From the NCBI GenBank assembly GCA_016197285.1, contig JACPWD010000022.1, positions 182,502-246,501 on the forward strand: 64,000 nt of DNA, given 5' to 3'. Below are positions 11,327 through 21,370 of the stretch, piece after piece; within the stretch, counting starts at the first letter, position 1; the number at the start of each line of letters is the position of its first letter. The stretch is from Deltaproteobacteria bacterium. GTDB lineage: Bacteria; Desulfobacterota; Binatia; Bin18. The position numbers were made by a program, and so were the translations under genes. Below the pieces are notes generated by a model. It saw only the letters and a program-made list of their open reading frames with translations. It had not been told where the DNA came from and searched no databases.

Positions 11327-12993
11327 TAGCGTTGCGCCCCACTCGCTTGGCGTAGCATTCCTTCACCGACACCGGCACGCCGTTGCAGCGCAGCTTCGAC
11401 GAAGCCTCTAAATAAAGGATGGCAGTCGAAGGGACGAGATTTGAACTCAGGATGAAATTGCACCCCTACAAACCATGGATGATCCCGCAACTCGACGATC
11501 TCGACCAACTTTCCATCGGGAGACACGCCACTGAAGATCATCCCTTTCGACGCAAATGTGTCCCGATAGGCATTATTGAACTCATAGCGATGACGATGCC
11601 GCTCGGAGATCGTGGACGAGCGATACAGTTCGGCGGCACGACTCCCAGGCGACAACAGGCAGGGATACGCGCCAAGACGCATCGTCCCGCCTTTTTGCAC
11701 GACCCCACGCTGATCGTCCATGAGTGCAATGACAGGATGCGGGGTCTCGGGATCGACCTCGATGGAATTGGCACCGGCCAACCCGCAAACGTTGCGCCCA
11801 AACTCGATCACCGCCATTTGCATACCGAAACAGACGCCGAAAAAAGGAATCCCTTGCTCGCGCGCATAGCGCACGGCGGCAATTTTCCCTTCGGTGCCGC
11901 GCGGCCCGAACCCCATGGGCACGAGCAACCCATCCGCCGTTCGCACGGCTTCCGGCAACACCCCAGTTTCTAAGCGTTCGGAATCGATGTGATCGACCAC
12001 CACGCGGGACTCGTTGGCGAACCCGCCATGCGCTAGCGCTTCGTTGATGCTTTTGTAGGAGTCGATGAGATCCGCGTACTTCCCCACCATGGCGATGCGC
12101 ACGTGGTCCCGAGGATGGCGAAACGTATGGACAATTTTTTCCCACTTGTCCAAATTGGGGGCACCGGTCCAAATGTTCAGCCGTTGGACGATGCGCTCGT
12201 CGAGCCCTTCTTCGTGGAAGACGAGCGGGACTTCATAAATACACTCGACATCTTTGGCGGTAATGACGTCCGCCTCATTCACGTTGCAGAAGAGGGCGAT
12301 CTTCGCCTTTACTTTCGGGTCGAGGTAGCGATCCGTGCGGCAAAGCAACAAGTCGGGCTGAATGCCTAAGCTGGTGAGTTCCTTGACGCTATGCTGCGTG
12401 GGCTTAGTTTTCAACTCGCCAGCGGCGGCAATAAAAGGAACCAGCGTCAAATGCACGTAGAGCACATGCTCCCGTCCCCAATCCCAGCGAAATTGTCGCA
12501 TCGCCTCGATAAACGGCAGACTCTCGATGTCGCCGACGGTACCGCCAACTTCGCAAATCGCCACATCGAATCCGTTCGCGGCAGCCCAAATGCGCTGTTT
12601 AATCTCGTCTGTAATGTGGGGAATCACCTGCACCGTGCCGCCGAGGTAACTCCCCTGCCGCTCCCGCGAAATGACGGCATCGTAGACTTGGCCGGTAGTG
12701 AAGCTGTTCGTGCGGCCCAGCGCCGTGGAGACGTAGCGTTCGTAGTGACCAAGATCCAGGTCGGTCTCCGCTCCGTCCTCGGTGACATAGACCTCGCCGT
12801 GCTGAAACGGATTCATCGTGCCCGGGTCCACATTGATATACGGGTCCATCTTTAGCAACGTGACCTTCAGCCCCCGGCTTTCCAGCAGACCGCCGATCGA
12901 GGCAGCAGCCAGCCCTTTTCCCAGCGAAGACACTACTCCGCCAGTAACAAAAATGAACTTCGTTTTCCGTCCTTCTCTGGCGTTCTCGCTCAT
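11326..12993 (-). CDS. pyrG: CTP synthase
   Basis: 555 aa; N-terminal synthetase domain ([16 protein letters not shown]) and C-terminal glutamine amidotransferase (GVCFGMQ). Confidence 0.95.
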   Translation of the reverse strand: MSENAREGRKTKFIFVTGGVVSSLGKGLAAASIGGLLESRGLKVTLLKMDPYINVDPGTMNPFQHGEVYVTEDGAETDLDLGHYERYVSTALGRTNSFTTGQVYDAVISRERQGSYLGGTVQVIPHITDEIKQRIWAAANGFDVAICEVGGTVGDIESLPFIEAMRQFRWDWGREHVLYVHLTLVPFIAAAGELKTKPTQHSVKELTSLGIQPDLLLCRTDRYLDPKVKAKIALFCNVNEADVITAKDVECIYEVPLVFHEEGLDERIVQRLNIWTGAPNLDKWEKIVHTFRHPRDHVRIAMVGKYADLIDSYKSINEALAHGGFANESRVVVDHIDSERLETGVLPEAVRTADGLLVPMGFGPRGTEGKIAAVRYAREQGIPFFGVCFGMQMAVIEFGRNVCGLAGANSIEVDPETPHPVIALMDDQRGVVQKGGTMRLGAYPCLLSPGSRAAELYRSSTISERHRHRYEFNNAYRDTFASKGMIFSGVSPDGKLVEIVELRDHPWFVGVQFHPEFKSRPFDCHPLFRGFVEAALQRRAGVGEGMLRQASGAQR

Positions 12994-13730
12994 AGCATCG
13001 TCTCCTCTGCGCGTTGGAGGTCCTCCGGCGTATCCACCTCAATCGTCGGTCGTTCGGTTTCGCTTACTACAATCTTATAGCCCCACTCCAGGGCGCGCAG
13101 TTGTTCGAGCTGTTCGGTTCGTTCCAACTCCGTGCGCGCTAACTGGGTGAACGTAAAAAGAAAATCACGGCGGTAGACATAGAGACCGATATGCCGATAC
13201 CCCAACGGCATCCGGCCCAGGTCCTCAACACGCTGCGGATCGCGACGGAAAGGAAGCGGGCTGCGCGAAAAGTAGAGGGCAGCTCCGTCCCGATCGGTCA
13301 CCACCTTGACGACATTGGGATTTCGCCATTCTTCCGGTTCCCAAATCGGGGTCTTCACCGTCGCCATCGCGGCGGTGGCGGCCCGGGTCAACGCCGTCAC
13401 AGCATCTTCCACCATCGCTGGAGGAAAAAAAGGCAGGTCGCCCTGCACATTCACGATCACATCAGCCGTGAGAGTGCGCGCCACCTCCGCCAGACGGTCG
13501 GTGCCGGTCGGATGATCCGCGCGCGTCATGGCGACTGTCCCGCCACAGGCACGCACCGCTTGCGCGATCCGCTCGTCATCGGTCGCTACTATCACGGCGG
13601 ATAGCCCCCGGACCAGACAGGTCTGTTCATAGACATGCTGGATCATCGGTTTGCCACGGAGCAGCGCCAGCGGTTTTCCAGGAAAACGAGTGGACCCGTA
13701 GCGCGCGGGAATGAGAGCAACGACTTCCAC
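12990..13730 (-). CDS. kdsB: 3-deoxy-manno-octulosonate cytidylyltransferase (CMP-KDO synthetase)
   Basis: 246 aa; [19 protein letters not shown]-terminus typical of KdsB; overlaps pyrG start. Confidence 0.9.
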   Translation of the reverse strand: MEVVALIPARYGSTRFPGKPLALLRGKPMIQHVYEQTCLVRGLSAVIVATDDERIAQAVRACGGTVAMTRADHPTGTDRLAEVARTLTADVIVNVQGDLPFFPPAMVEDAVTALTRAATAAMATVKTPIWEPEEWRNPNVVKVVTDRDGAALYFSRSPLPFRRDPQRVEDLGRMPLGYRHIGLYVYRRDFLFTFTQLARTELERTEQLEQLRALEWGYKIVVSETERPTIEVDTPEDLQRAEETML

Positions 13731-14015
13731 GCTCGAAAAAATCCTTTACTGTTGTGAATGGGGATTCGGGCTACGGAACTCGACTATAGGGCAGAAGCCT
13801 GGCAAGGTCAAATTCGCGCAGAAAGCCGCGAAAAATCAGGGGGATAAAACAGGCTCTGATCAGGTGGCACCTTTGTGGGTCCTTGCCTCAACCGTGCTCG
13901 ACAGAAATTTTGACCGTGCCGAGTTTGGGTGGAGACGCTAAATGAAGAAGATGTTGCCGTTGGGGTGAAAAGAGAGCGGCAGGTATACTTCGCGAGTCAT
14001 ACCCTGCGCTTTTTC

Positions 14016-14105
14016 TGTCATTCTGAACGAAGCAGAGCGCAGTGAAGAATCTTTTTGCTGAGCCACGAGTGGAGCGAGATTCCTCGCTCCGTTCGGAATG
14101 ACAAC
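14016..14105. repeat. MITE/REP-like imperfect palindromic repeat, family 1 copy A
   Basis: TGTCATTCTGAACG...GAAGAATC ... GAGATTCCTCG...CGGAATGACA. It is one of six dispersed copies and sits in the kdsB upstream region at the island boundary. Confidence 0.7.
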
Positions 14106-14136
14106 ATCGGGCGATAATGGTTATGCGGATAGGCCC

Positions 14137-14532
14137 TTAGTACCGCCTAGAGATCCGTTCGCCTCCATGTTGTTTCATCTCGAACTGGTCTTCAAATAGG
14201 TGGGTAACGCCCTTCCAAGCTTGGTGTCTCTCTTCCCTTTTAAGGAATTTTTTCAAAGCCCGTAACCTTGTTGCAGGCTTGACTCCAAACTTAATCATGC
14301 CTTGGTGAGTACAAAACGGAATATAGTTCTCAGTAAATCTCTTATCGCTTGTTATCAAGATTGCCCCAGCGTCAGTAGACTTCTGAATCACGGTTGGGTC
14401 TTCAGCGTCCTGCCTTAGCCCAGCATCACGAAAGGAAACCACTTTGATCTTTCTCAGAGTGGAAAGATATTCTGAGATCTCGGCTGATAGGCAAGCATCC
14501 ACCAAGAAAGTCAGTTTCCTTTTGGAACTCAT
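14137..14532 (-). CDS. DUF5615-family (PIN-like, Mut7-C related) putative toxin
   Basis: 131 aa; LTFLVDACLS...ISEYL N-terminus resembles DUF5615 proteins that pair with DUF433; low-GC region; 3 nt from the DUF433 ORF. Confidence 0.5.
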   Translation of the reverse strand: MSSKRKLTFLVDACLSAEISEYLSTLRKIKVVSFRDAGLRQDAEDPTVIQKSTDAGAILITSDKRFTENYIPFCTHQGMIKFGVKPATRLRALKKFLKREERHQAWKGVTHLFEDQFEMKQHGGERISRRY

Positions 14533-14535
14533 GCC

Positions 14536-14811
14536 TTATCTTTCCATGACATACCCGGCAAACTGAAGCGCCGCGTGTAATCCTTCTTGGCCAATCGCTG
14601 GAAAGGATTTCAGTATCTTCTTATGCGAGTACCCTGCTTCGACTAACTCAAGAATGGCATAGACAGGAACTCTTGTCTCGGCGACGCAGGGTGCTCCTCC
14701 ATAGATTTTCCTGTTCATAACGATTTTATTATCGACCTTCTCTGCTGCTTGACGAAAAGATTCCTCTATGGAGTCACGAAAATGATCCGCAGAGGACATG
14801 TCAGCATCCAT
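14536..14811 (-). CDS. DUF433-domain protein (putative antitoxin partner). The ORF may extend to 14967.
   Basis: C-terminal IYGGAPCVAETRVPVYAILELVEAGYSHKKILKSFP matches the DUF433 core. Domain-sized protein starts at ATG 14811. Track ORF (143 aa) starts at 14967. Confidence 0.55.
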   Translation of the reverse strand: MDADMSSADHFRDSIEESFRQAAEKVDNKIVMNRKIYGGAPCVAETRVPVYAILELVEAGYSHKKILKSFPAIGQEGLHAALQFAGYVMER

Positions 14812-14963
14812 GCTAGATGCAGGCCATTCTAAGTTAGTGCGCAACGAGCACAAGGACGTTAAGTCTCTGATGATGGAGAATTTCTCCCCGGAGCGCCTAA
14901 CGGGTCGCCTTGCTGATAAGAAGAATCTCTCTTGTTCTGTACTTTTTCGCTTCTGTGCCGCAA

Positions 14964-15671
14964 TCATTTTCTTCTCCTTATCGGTCTTACTGTAGAAAGT
15001 GCAACTTCACTAAGGACAACGACATCATCCTCAACAGTCATCAGTTTCTGCGCGGTAGTCTTTGCTTGTCTATTTAGCCGAACAAAAATTGACTTTCTCA
15101 ATACCCGCTGTTCGGCAAAGCTTACGCCTACTTTATTTTCTTGAAGATTGAGGAAGGTTCCCTCTGCCTGAGCGCCTTCAAAAATTTCGTTCTCTGTGGT
15201 GTTCAATGTCCCAGATAAAAGCAAGGGGAGAGAGAACGCCGAACGATAAGAGTTCCTTGGAAATGCGAAAAATGCCATCTCTTTTAGCTCAATGCTTGCG
15301 TCTGGAGAGATGAATTTATGCAGCCATTGAAATATATCTTCCGCAAATGGCGGCTGTTCCCTGTCCGATTTGATCGCCGTCGTTGGCTCAAGGGCAACAT
15401 GGAAATGCAGCTTGGCCGCTTTGGTTAATTTTTCACGATCCCAGTGAATCCCGACACGTGCTCGATAATCGACTTTTTCACTGGACCGACCACAGGATAC
15501 GGCAAGCGGTTGATTTTTCTTGAACGCTTTTACCAGGTCTTCAAAAGGGAGAACTTCGAGAAATAGATCCTGTAGAAAGTCTTTCTTAGCGATCACTATG
15601 TTCGCTTCAAAGCCTCCACAGTGATGGGACTTGAGTTTTAATGCCTCGCGTTCTTTCCGGGGTGTAGTCAT
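14964..15671 (-). CDS. Hypothetical protein, 235 aa, no recognisable domain; in low-GC island
   Basis: Clean ORF with balanced amino-acid composition, unlike GC-rich antisense ORFs. AT-richer than flanks. Adjacent to the DUF433/DUF5615 pair. Confidence 0.5.
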   Translation of the reverse strand: MTTPRKEREALKLKSHHCGGFEANIVIAKKDFLQDLFLEVLPFEDLVKAFKKNQPLAVSCGRSSEKVDYRARVGIHWDREKLTKAAKLHFHVALEPTTAIKSDREQPPFAEDIFQWLHKFISPDASIELKEMAFFAFPRNSYRSAFSLPLLLSGTLNTTENEIFEGAQAEGTFLNLQENKVGVSFAEQRVLRKSIFVRLNRQAKTTAQKLMTVEDDVVVLSEVALSTVRPIRRRK

Positions 15672-15849
15672 GAAAATTCATCCAGGGAACTAATATGGCA
15701 CGAACGACGCCAACTAAACAACCTTCATCACCGCTCGAAATCAAAATATAAAGGCAGGGTTAGCGGTGTTTCCCCTCGCCGTTGTCGCTTCTCTTCTATA
15801 AGGATTTAGGAGACCTATCGTTCCCCAATTCGGCGGCTTCGTCCATGGC

Positions 15850-16269
15850 TCACACCTCCACCGGGGTCGGCTCGCCCTCCCCCCACACGCGGGCGAGGGT
15901 GGCCTGTATCTTCTTCTCGAAGCGGGCGATCAGTTCACGGTTGGCGGCGACCAACGCTTGCTCCGCTTCAATCTCCTCGACGATTTCCTCGATGAGGCGC
16001 TTGGGGTTCGGCACGGTCTTTTGGTAGCCAGTGATGGAGGTAGGCGTCGGAAACGCCGTGATGACGTAAGGGTTGCCGCGTTCGAGATCCCAGAAGTAAT
16101 GCAGGTTGCCGTTGGAGAGGATGACGAAGCGGCAGTTCTGGGACTTGGCGTATCTACGCACCTGCTCCTTGCCGACGAGCGGGCTTCTGTCTTCGGCTTT
16201 GGCTTCGAGGACGATGAACGGGAAGCCTTTTTCATTGCGGCTTCCTTCTCGGGCATTCCGATTCCTGTC
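15850..16269 (-). pseudogene. Remnant of a type I restriction enzyme R-subunit N-terminal (HsdR_N-like) domain protein
   Basis: Stop-to-stop frame encodes ...GFPFIVLEAKAEDRSPLVGKEQVRRYAKSQNCRFVILSNGNLHYFWDLERGNPYVI, the HsdR_N restriction-enzyme core motif. No start codon precedes the domain. The only start is a GTG in mid-domain. Confidence 0.5.
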
Positions 16270-16303
16270 TCAGCGGCGTTGATCAAAAGGAGAGAGCTAC
16301 TGC

Positions 16304-17173
16304 TCAAGCTGTACTCGGTTGCGCTTCGGCAGGACGGCACTGCACCTGGAGGGCGACCTGCAATGAACTGAAGACACCGGCACCACGAAAGCTCCCCGTA
16401 ACAGGCGCGGCCAAGCGCGGAATTCTCCCAGCAGCGATCACGACATGCTGATCGGCAACTGTGAGCCCACTGGTCGGATCGTACCCGCGCCAGCCGCCGC
16501 CAGGGAGATAGACTTCCGCCCAGGCATGCATGCTCGCGGCGAATACGCTTTTTCCTCCCGTGTACCCGCTGACGAACCGCGCGGCGAGCCCGACAACACG
16601 ACACGATTCGATAAACAGGACGGCAAGGTCGCGGCACGCACCACGCTTTTGCGCCAGCGTCGCCGCTGCCGACTGCGGGTCCCCGTGTTCACGCGTGACA
16701 TAGGTCGTCCGCTCATGAATGCGAGTGTTCAATTGCGCCAGAAACGCCAAGGGTTCCTGTTTCACGTCCGCGGCAATGGAGCGGGCAAATTGATAAAGAG
16801 AGGCATCGTGCTCGCTCACGATGCGATACGACTCCAGGGTCGGACGGATCTCGGTCGCATAGGACACCGGAAGCATCGCTGCGGCGGGGTCGGTAATAAT
16901 GAAGTCGAATGGATTGTCGCGCACGGTCTCTACCGTGAGACGACTCGCGATCTGCAAACGTCGCGTCGCGTCGGCAAACCACACCGACACCACATCGTTC
17001 CCCTCGGCATCTCTTCCCTCCGCCATTCCGGCAGGAAGCGGGTCGATGTTCAGCGCGATCTGTCGAATGCGCTGCGTGCCATCGCTCCGCGGTCGCAAGC
17101 GCAGTTCGTGGGGATTGAGCGCGACAAGGCCACTATAGTTATAAGTCATCGTATGGGAAATCTCGAAAATCAT
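16304..17173 (-). CDS. Transglutaminase-like protein with bacterial transglutaminase N-terminal domain
   Basis: 289 aa; Cys-protease-like core GACRDLAVLFIESCRVVGLAARFVSGY; last gene of the ATP-grasp/alpha-E/Anbu operon. Confidence 0.8.
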   Translation of the reverse strand: MIFEISHTMTYNYSGLVALNPHELRLRPRSDGTQRIRQIALNIDPLPAGMAEGRDAEGNDVVSVWFADATRRLQIASRLTVETVRDNPFDFIITDPAAAMLPVSYATEIRPTLESYRIVSEHDASLYQFARSIAADVKQEPLAFLAQLNTRIHERTTYVTREHGDPQSAAATLAQKRGACRDLAVLFIESCRVVGLAARFVSGYTGGKSVFAASMHAWAEVYLPGGGWRGYDPTSGLTVADQHVVIAAGRIPRLAAPVTGSFRGAGVFSSLQVALQVQCRPAEAQPSTA

Positions 17174-17197
17174 GCGTCCTGTCCGCCGTCTTCCGGC

Positions 17198-17947
17198 TTA
17201 CACCAACACCACGCCGTTGCGCGTATCGAGTCCAGTAAAGACGCGCTCCAGGCTGGTAGCCGGGAGTTCGTGTACGGAACGTCGGAGTTGTTCTTGCCAC
17301 ACTGTGGACATCTCCAGCAGATCGTTCTTCTCGTAGCGATGTTCGACCAGCCGGTGGGAATCTTTGACGTACAAAATGACATCGATGGGGAAATCGACAT
17401 CCGCCGCGCTAATCCGGGTCGAATCGAAGGCCAGGCAACCGACTTTGAGCGCAAACCGCATCGAGTCGTGATGCTGCAGCGTGCGATCGAGAATGGGTTT
17501 GCCATAACCCGAGGCGCCGATGATGTGGTACGGCGTGCCTTGGCCGATTTCCACCCAATTGCCCTGAGGATAGATGAGATAGAGCTTGTGACTGCGATCA
17601 TTGGCGAACTGCCCACCAATGAGGGTATGGATATTGAAATGCAATCCGCCCTCTTCCAACGCTTCTTTATCCTCCTTAGCGACGCGACGGAGTTGCCCGG
17701 CAAACGCATTCACGGCTTTGAAAAGCCGGTCGAACTCCTGACCTTCATCGGCCATGCGTTCCTCGAAGTACGTTAGTGTCTTGTCCCGCAGGGAGCGCAG
17801 GCCGGAGGTCATTACGAACATGGTCTGCCCCTCGTTCGTATAGGTGCTGACTTTGCGCGCGGAGATACATTCGCTGCCGGACAGCACCCGCGTGTCGGCA
17901 ATCCCCACTAGCCCATCTTGTAAATTGATGCCCAGACAAAAAGTCAC
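17198..17947 (-). CDS. Anbu (ancestral beta-subunit) proteasome-like peptidase
   Basis: Proteasome beta-subunit-like fold. A GTG at 17947 gives the N-terminus M-TFCLGINLQDGLVGIADTRV, placing a Thr directly after the initiator as in Anbu. Track ORF starts 9 nt upstream at another GTG. Confidence 0.7.
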   Translation of the reverse strand: MTFCLGINLQDGLVGIADTRVLSGSECISARKVSTYTNEGQTMFVMTSGLRSLRDKTLTYFEERMADEGQEFDRLFKAVNAFAGQLRRVAKEDKEALEEGGLHFNIHTLIGGQFANDRSHKLYLIYPQGNWVEIGQGTPYHIIGASGYGKPILDRTLQHHDSMRFALKVGCLAFDSTRISAADVDFPIDVILYVKDSHRLVEHRYEKNDLLEMSTVWQEQLRRSVHELPATSLERVFTGLDTRNGVVLV

Positions 17948-18013
17948 CAGTTCCACTCCTTCGGTAAGTACCCCACATTATCGATGCTCTAGTACTTCGT
18001 CCATGAACAGATG

Positions 18014-18118
18014 AGGGATTGTCATTCCGAGCCGGAACGCAGTGCAGGCGAGGAATCTCGTGTCGATACTGCCAGCGTGAGATTTCTCGTCGCTCCGCTC
18101 CTCGAAATGACATCCCTC
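18014..18118. repeat. MITE/REP-like repeat family 1 copy B
   Basis: GTCATTCCGAGCCGGAACGCAGTGCAGGCGAGGAATCTCG ... GAGATTTCTCGTCGC...CGAAATGACA; sits in the alpha-E/Anbu intergenic gap; generates spurious ORF 17745..18113. Confidence 0.7.
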
Positions 18119-18142
18119 GAAATTCCCCGGACAGACTACTAG

Positions 18143-19144
18143 CTATCCGCCACTAACAGACATTTGGCTGCTTTTGCCCAACGTAACGGCTCCACCGATC
18201 GGCTGCAAGGTAAAGAACGTTGTAAAGATGTGTTCCCCGACGGTATTGAGTTTGGTTTGCAAGGCGTCCACGAATTCGTGCAACCCCTCGCCGATCACGT
18301 CTTCCACCCGCGCGTAGGCTAATTCCGCGCGCAACTGGCCAAGATGTTGCTCGGCGGAATTACAGAAGGCCCCGACCGGCGAGCCGGCAATAGCGTGGAG
18401 GGATTCGTCGGCTTTGATCAGACAATAGTGAGAAGAGCGGGGGAATTCCCGATCGAGGAGCAGGAAATCCACGATATTATCGGGCGTGAGGTGGTGATGG
18501 CGTTTGCGGTACATCTCGAAGGCACTGGCCGAGCGCAGCACCGCCGCCCATTGGATGTCGTCGAACGGCGTGCCCACATCGTCTGGCGAAGGCAGCAGAA
18601 TGAAGTATTTCACGTCCAGGATACGCGAGGTTTTGTCGGCACGCTCCAATAACCGACCCAACCGACAGAAGTGCCACCCCTCGCCATGCGACATGGTGGC
18701 GTTGGCGAGCCCTTCAAAGAGATGGCTGGCCATTTTGACTTCGCGAAAGAACTCGTAGGGCGCGTCCGCAACCCGTTCGCTCGCCCCAGGATCGGTGACC
18801 ATGAGGTAAAAGGTATTCACCTGCTCCCACATCTCCGACGAGATGATTTCTCGCACCGAACGGGCACTTTCGCGCGCGGCCCGCAGGCACGAAACGATGG
18901 CGTTGGGATTCTCTTTATCGAAGGTCAGGAACTGCACCACGTTTTCGCGCGTGGCGATGCCATGGCGTTCGGCAAAGAGGTCCTCATCGCCGGAAGTCAC
19001 CACCAGCGGATGCCATTGTTCGGTGGCGTCGGCCGGCAGGTCCAGCAGCAATTGCAAATTGACATCGACGAACCGCGCCACATTCTCCGCACGCTCGATA
19101 TAACGACTCATCCAGTACAGACTGTCAGCCACTCGGGAAAGCAT
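18143..19144 (-). CDS. Alpha-E domain protein (DUF403)
   Basis: 333 aa; N-terminus MLSRVADSLYWMSRYIERAEN is the alpha-E signature; follows the circularly permuted ATP-grasp gene. Confidence 0.8.
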   Translation of the reverse strand: MLSRVADSLYWMSRYIERAENVARFVDVNLQLLLDLPADATEQWHPLVVTSGDEDLFAERHGIATRENVVQFLTFDKENPNAIVSCLRAARESARSVREIISSEMWEQVNTFYLMVTDPGASERVADAPYEFFREVKMASHLFEGLANATMSHGEGWHFCRLGRLLERADKTSRILDVKYFILLPSPDDVGTPFDDIQWAAVLRSASAFEMYRKRHHHLTPDNIVDFLLLDREFPRSSHYCLIKADESLHAIAGSPVGAFCNSAEQHLGQLRAELAYARVEDVIGEGLHEFVDALQTKLNTVGEHIFTTFFTLQPIGGAVTLGKSSQMSVSGG

Positions 19145-19156
19145 CGATTCCGCCCC

Positions 19157-20593
19157 CTACTCGAACAGCACCCACGTATCTTTACTGCCACCACCCTGGG
19201 ACGAGTTCACCACCAGGGACCCTTTCTTCAAGGCCACCCGCGTGAGCCCGCCCGGCAAGACAAAAATATCTTCTCCATAGAGCACGTACGGGCGGAGATC
19301 GACATGCCGCCCCTCGAAATGATCGCCAATAATCACCGGTACGCGCGAAAGCGAGAGGGTCGGTTGAGCGATGTAATTGCGAGGATTGGCCTTAATCAAC
19401 CGCGCGAATTGCTCGCGCTGCATCGACGAAGAATGTGGACCGACGAGCATCCCATACCCACCGGACTCATTGGCGGCTTTGACGACCAGCTTGTCCAGAT
19501 TGTCGAGCACGTAGACTTGCTCTTTCTCGTCCGCGCACACATAGGTAGGCACGTTGGGAATCGCACACTCTTCCCCCAGATAATACTTCACGATCTTGGG
19601 CACATAGGCATACACCACCTTATCGTCGGCGATGCCGGTGCCGGGGGCATTAGCGAGCGCGACGCGACCGGCTTTGTACACCTCCAACAAGCCGGGAACA
19701 CCCAGCGTGGAATCCGGGCGAAAGACGAGGGGATCGAGAAAATCGTCATCAATGCGACGATAGAGCACATCGACCCGCTGCAATCCCTTGGTCGTGTGCA
19801 TTTGGAGCAGCCCATCGGCAACAAGCAGGTCGCGCCCCTCCACCAACTCCACTCCCATTTGTTGCGCCAGAAACGAGTGCTCGAAGTAGGCAGAGTTGTA
19901 AATCCCCGGCGTCAGCACGGCCACGGTCGGGGTCTGAGTGTAATCCGGCGCGAGATACTGCAACATCCCCAGCAAATGGCTGGGGTAATCGTCCACCGGT
20001 CGTACGCGCAATTCGCCGAACACCTGGGGAAAGGTCCGCTTCATAATCTGGCGGTTTTCCAGCACATAGGACACGCCGGAGGGACAGCGCAGGTTATCCT
20101 CCAGGACGTACACCTGCCCGTCACCGTCGCGCACCAGATCGGTGCCGGTAATGTGGCACCAGATGCCGCGTGGGGGCGTGAGCCCGATGCATGCGGCACG
20201 GAACGAACGCGCGGAGGCGATAATCTCTTCGGGAACGACCTTATCTTTGAGGATTTTCTGCTGGTGGTAAATGTCGTCGATGAACAGGTTGAGCGCGACC
20301 ACGCGCTGTTTCAAGCCGCGTTCGAGCCGCTCCCATTCCGCCGACTCGACGATGCGCGGAATGATATCGAACGGAAAGATCCGTTCCGTGCCCGCGCTGT
20401 CGCCGTAGACGTTGAAGGTGATCCCCATGTGCAGGAGCGCCCGCTCCGCTGCCTGTTGGCGCTGATGCAGTTCGCCGTCGGAGAGCGAATCGATGCGCTC
20501 TTGCAGCAGGACCGCTCCAGGGCGAGGACGGCCATCGGGTTGGAACATTTCGTCGGAAAACCCCTCGGTATTGTAGCCGTGAAAGGTGATCAT
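19157..20593 (-). CDS. Circularly permuted ATP-grasp protein (type 2; DUF404/DUF407)
   Basis: Sequence typical of cpATP-grasp amidoligases paired with alpha-E. Track ORF starts at 20674. ATG at 20593 (MITFHGYN...) has GGAG upstream. Confidence 0.8.
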   Translation of the reverse strand: MITFHGYNTEGFSDEMFQPDGRPRPGAVLLQERIDSLSDGELHQRQQAAERALLHMGITFNVYGDSAGTERIFPFDIIPRIVESAEWERLERGLKQRVVALNLFIDDIYHQQKILKDKVVPEEIIASARSFRAACIGLTPPRGIWCHITGTDLVRDGDGQVYVLEDNLRCPSGVSYVLENRQIMKRTFPQVFGELRVRPVDDYPSHLLGMLQYLAPDYTQTPTVAVLTPGIYNSAYFEHSFLAQQMGVELVEGRDLLVADGLLQMHTTKGLQRVDVLYRRIDDDFLDPLVFRPDSTLGVPGLLEVYKAGRVALANAPGTGIADDKVVYAYVPKIVKYYLGEECAIPNVPTYVCADEKEQVYVLDNLDKLVVKAANESGGYGMLVGPHSSSMQREQFARLIKANPRNYIAQPTLSLSRVPVIIGDHFEGRHVDLRPYVLYGEDIFVLPGGLTRVALKKGSLVVNSSQGGGSKDTWVLFE

Positions 20594-20869
20594 GGTCCGG
20601 GTGCTCCGCGTCTCTAAACATCGAACGTGGGCTAAAGCAGCATGTAGCGTGCCAGAGAGATGCCGATTCGGCAACCGAAGCGAAACGGCGGGAACGGTTC
20701 AAGTTCGCTAGATTCTGTAGGAGAGAAGTCAGTCCTGCCTGGACTTCTGGTCGCAGTGGTGCTCAGGTTTTAGGCAGCCGTGCCGCATTCATATGCGACG
20801 GCGCCACCTCCGCCAACGCCGCCGTCGGCAGCAAAAGAGGTAGGCTAGGTCATGACCCAGACTCTGAGA

Positions 20870-21370
20870 CTACCCGCCCAATGCTTTACCGAAAGCTTGC
20901 ATGAAGGCTTTTTCTAAGGTCCGGTTCGAGGGCAACGAGCGTTTCGTCATCGCTCCGGCAGCGAGGTCCTCCGCCGTCCAGGCGCGAATTTCGGCAGTCG
21001 CGCCGATACGCACCCGGTCCGGCTTATCGCCAAGGCTCACAACATAACGATACTCCGCACCGACCCAAGAAACCGCGCGGTCGGCTTCCGACAGCGTCGC
21101 CACGTCGGCGAGGGTGTTCACGTCGAGCGCAACGAACGTAGTCGTCACCTGCCCCTGCTCGAACGACGCTTGTTCCGCCGTCAACCCGCGTGCAGCCACT
21201 GCCCGCAACACCGCCTCCCACAGATCCCGACGCATGTTGTCATCCGGTGTCTCTACTGTTGCACGTTCCCCTAGCGGCAGAGCAACCAGGTCAGCCGCCA
21301 GGGCGCGCTGAAGCAGGCCCTGGGGGAAAAATGCCAGCATCAGATACAGAGCGAGACGTCGTACGAACAT
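20870..21370 (-). CDS. Hypothetical secreted protein
   Basis: Signal-peptide-like MFVRRLALYLMLAFFPQGLLQRALA from internal ATG 21370. Track start 21430. No recognisable domain. Confidence 0.45.
   Translation of the reverse strand: MFVRRLALYLMLAFFPQGLLQRALAADLVALPLGERATVETPDDNMRRDLWEAVLRAVAARGLTAEQASFEQGQVTTTFVALDVNTLADVATLSEADRAVSWVGAEYRYVVSLGDKPDRVRIGATAEIRAWTAEDLAAGAMTKRSLPSNRTLEKAFMQAFGKALGG

Noticed and set aside
13860-13900. Possible sigma-54 promoter (TGGCAC...TTGC) upstream of kdsB
   Set aside because: GG and GC elements are not at the required 10-nt spacing.
15930-16637. 235-aa minus-strand ORF overlapping the HsdR_N remnant and transglutaminase 3' end
   Set aside because: Extremely Arg/Ser/Cys-rich, overlaps two better-supported frames; spurious.
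16445-17776. 443-aa plus-strand ORF
   Set aside because: Antisense to transglutaminase and Anbu genes; biased composition; no domain.
17745-18113. 122-aa ORF MSFRGAERREISRW...
   Set aside because: Generated by MITE copy B; repeat-derived spurious ORF.
18671-20617. 648-aa plus-strand ORF
   Set aside because: Antisense to the well-supported cpATP-grasp and alpha-E genes. Arg/Gly/His-rich low-complexity translation typical of GC-rich antisense frames.
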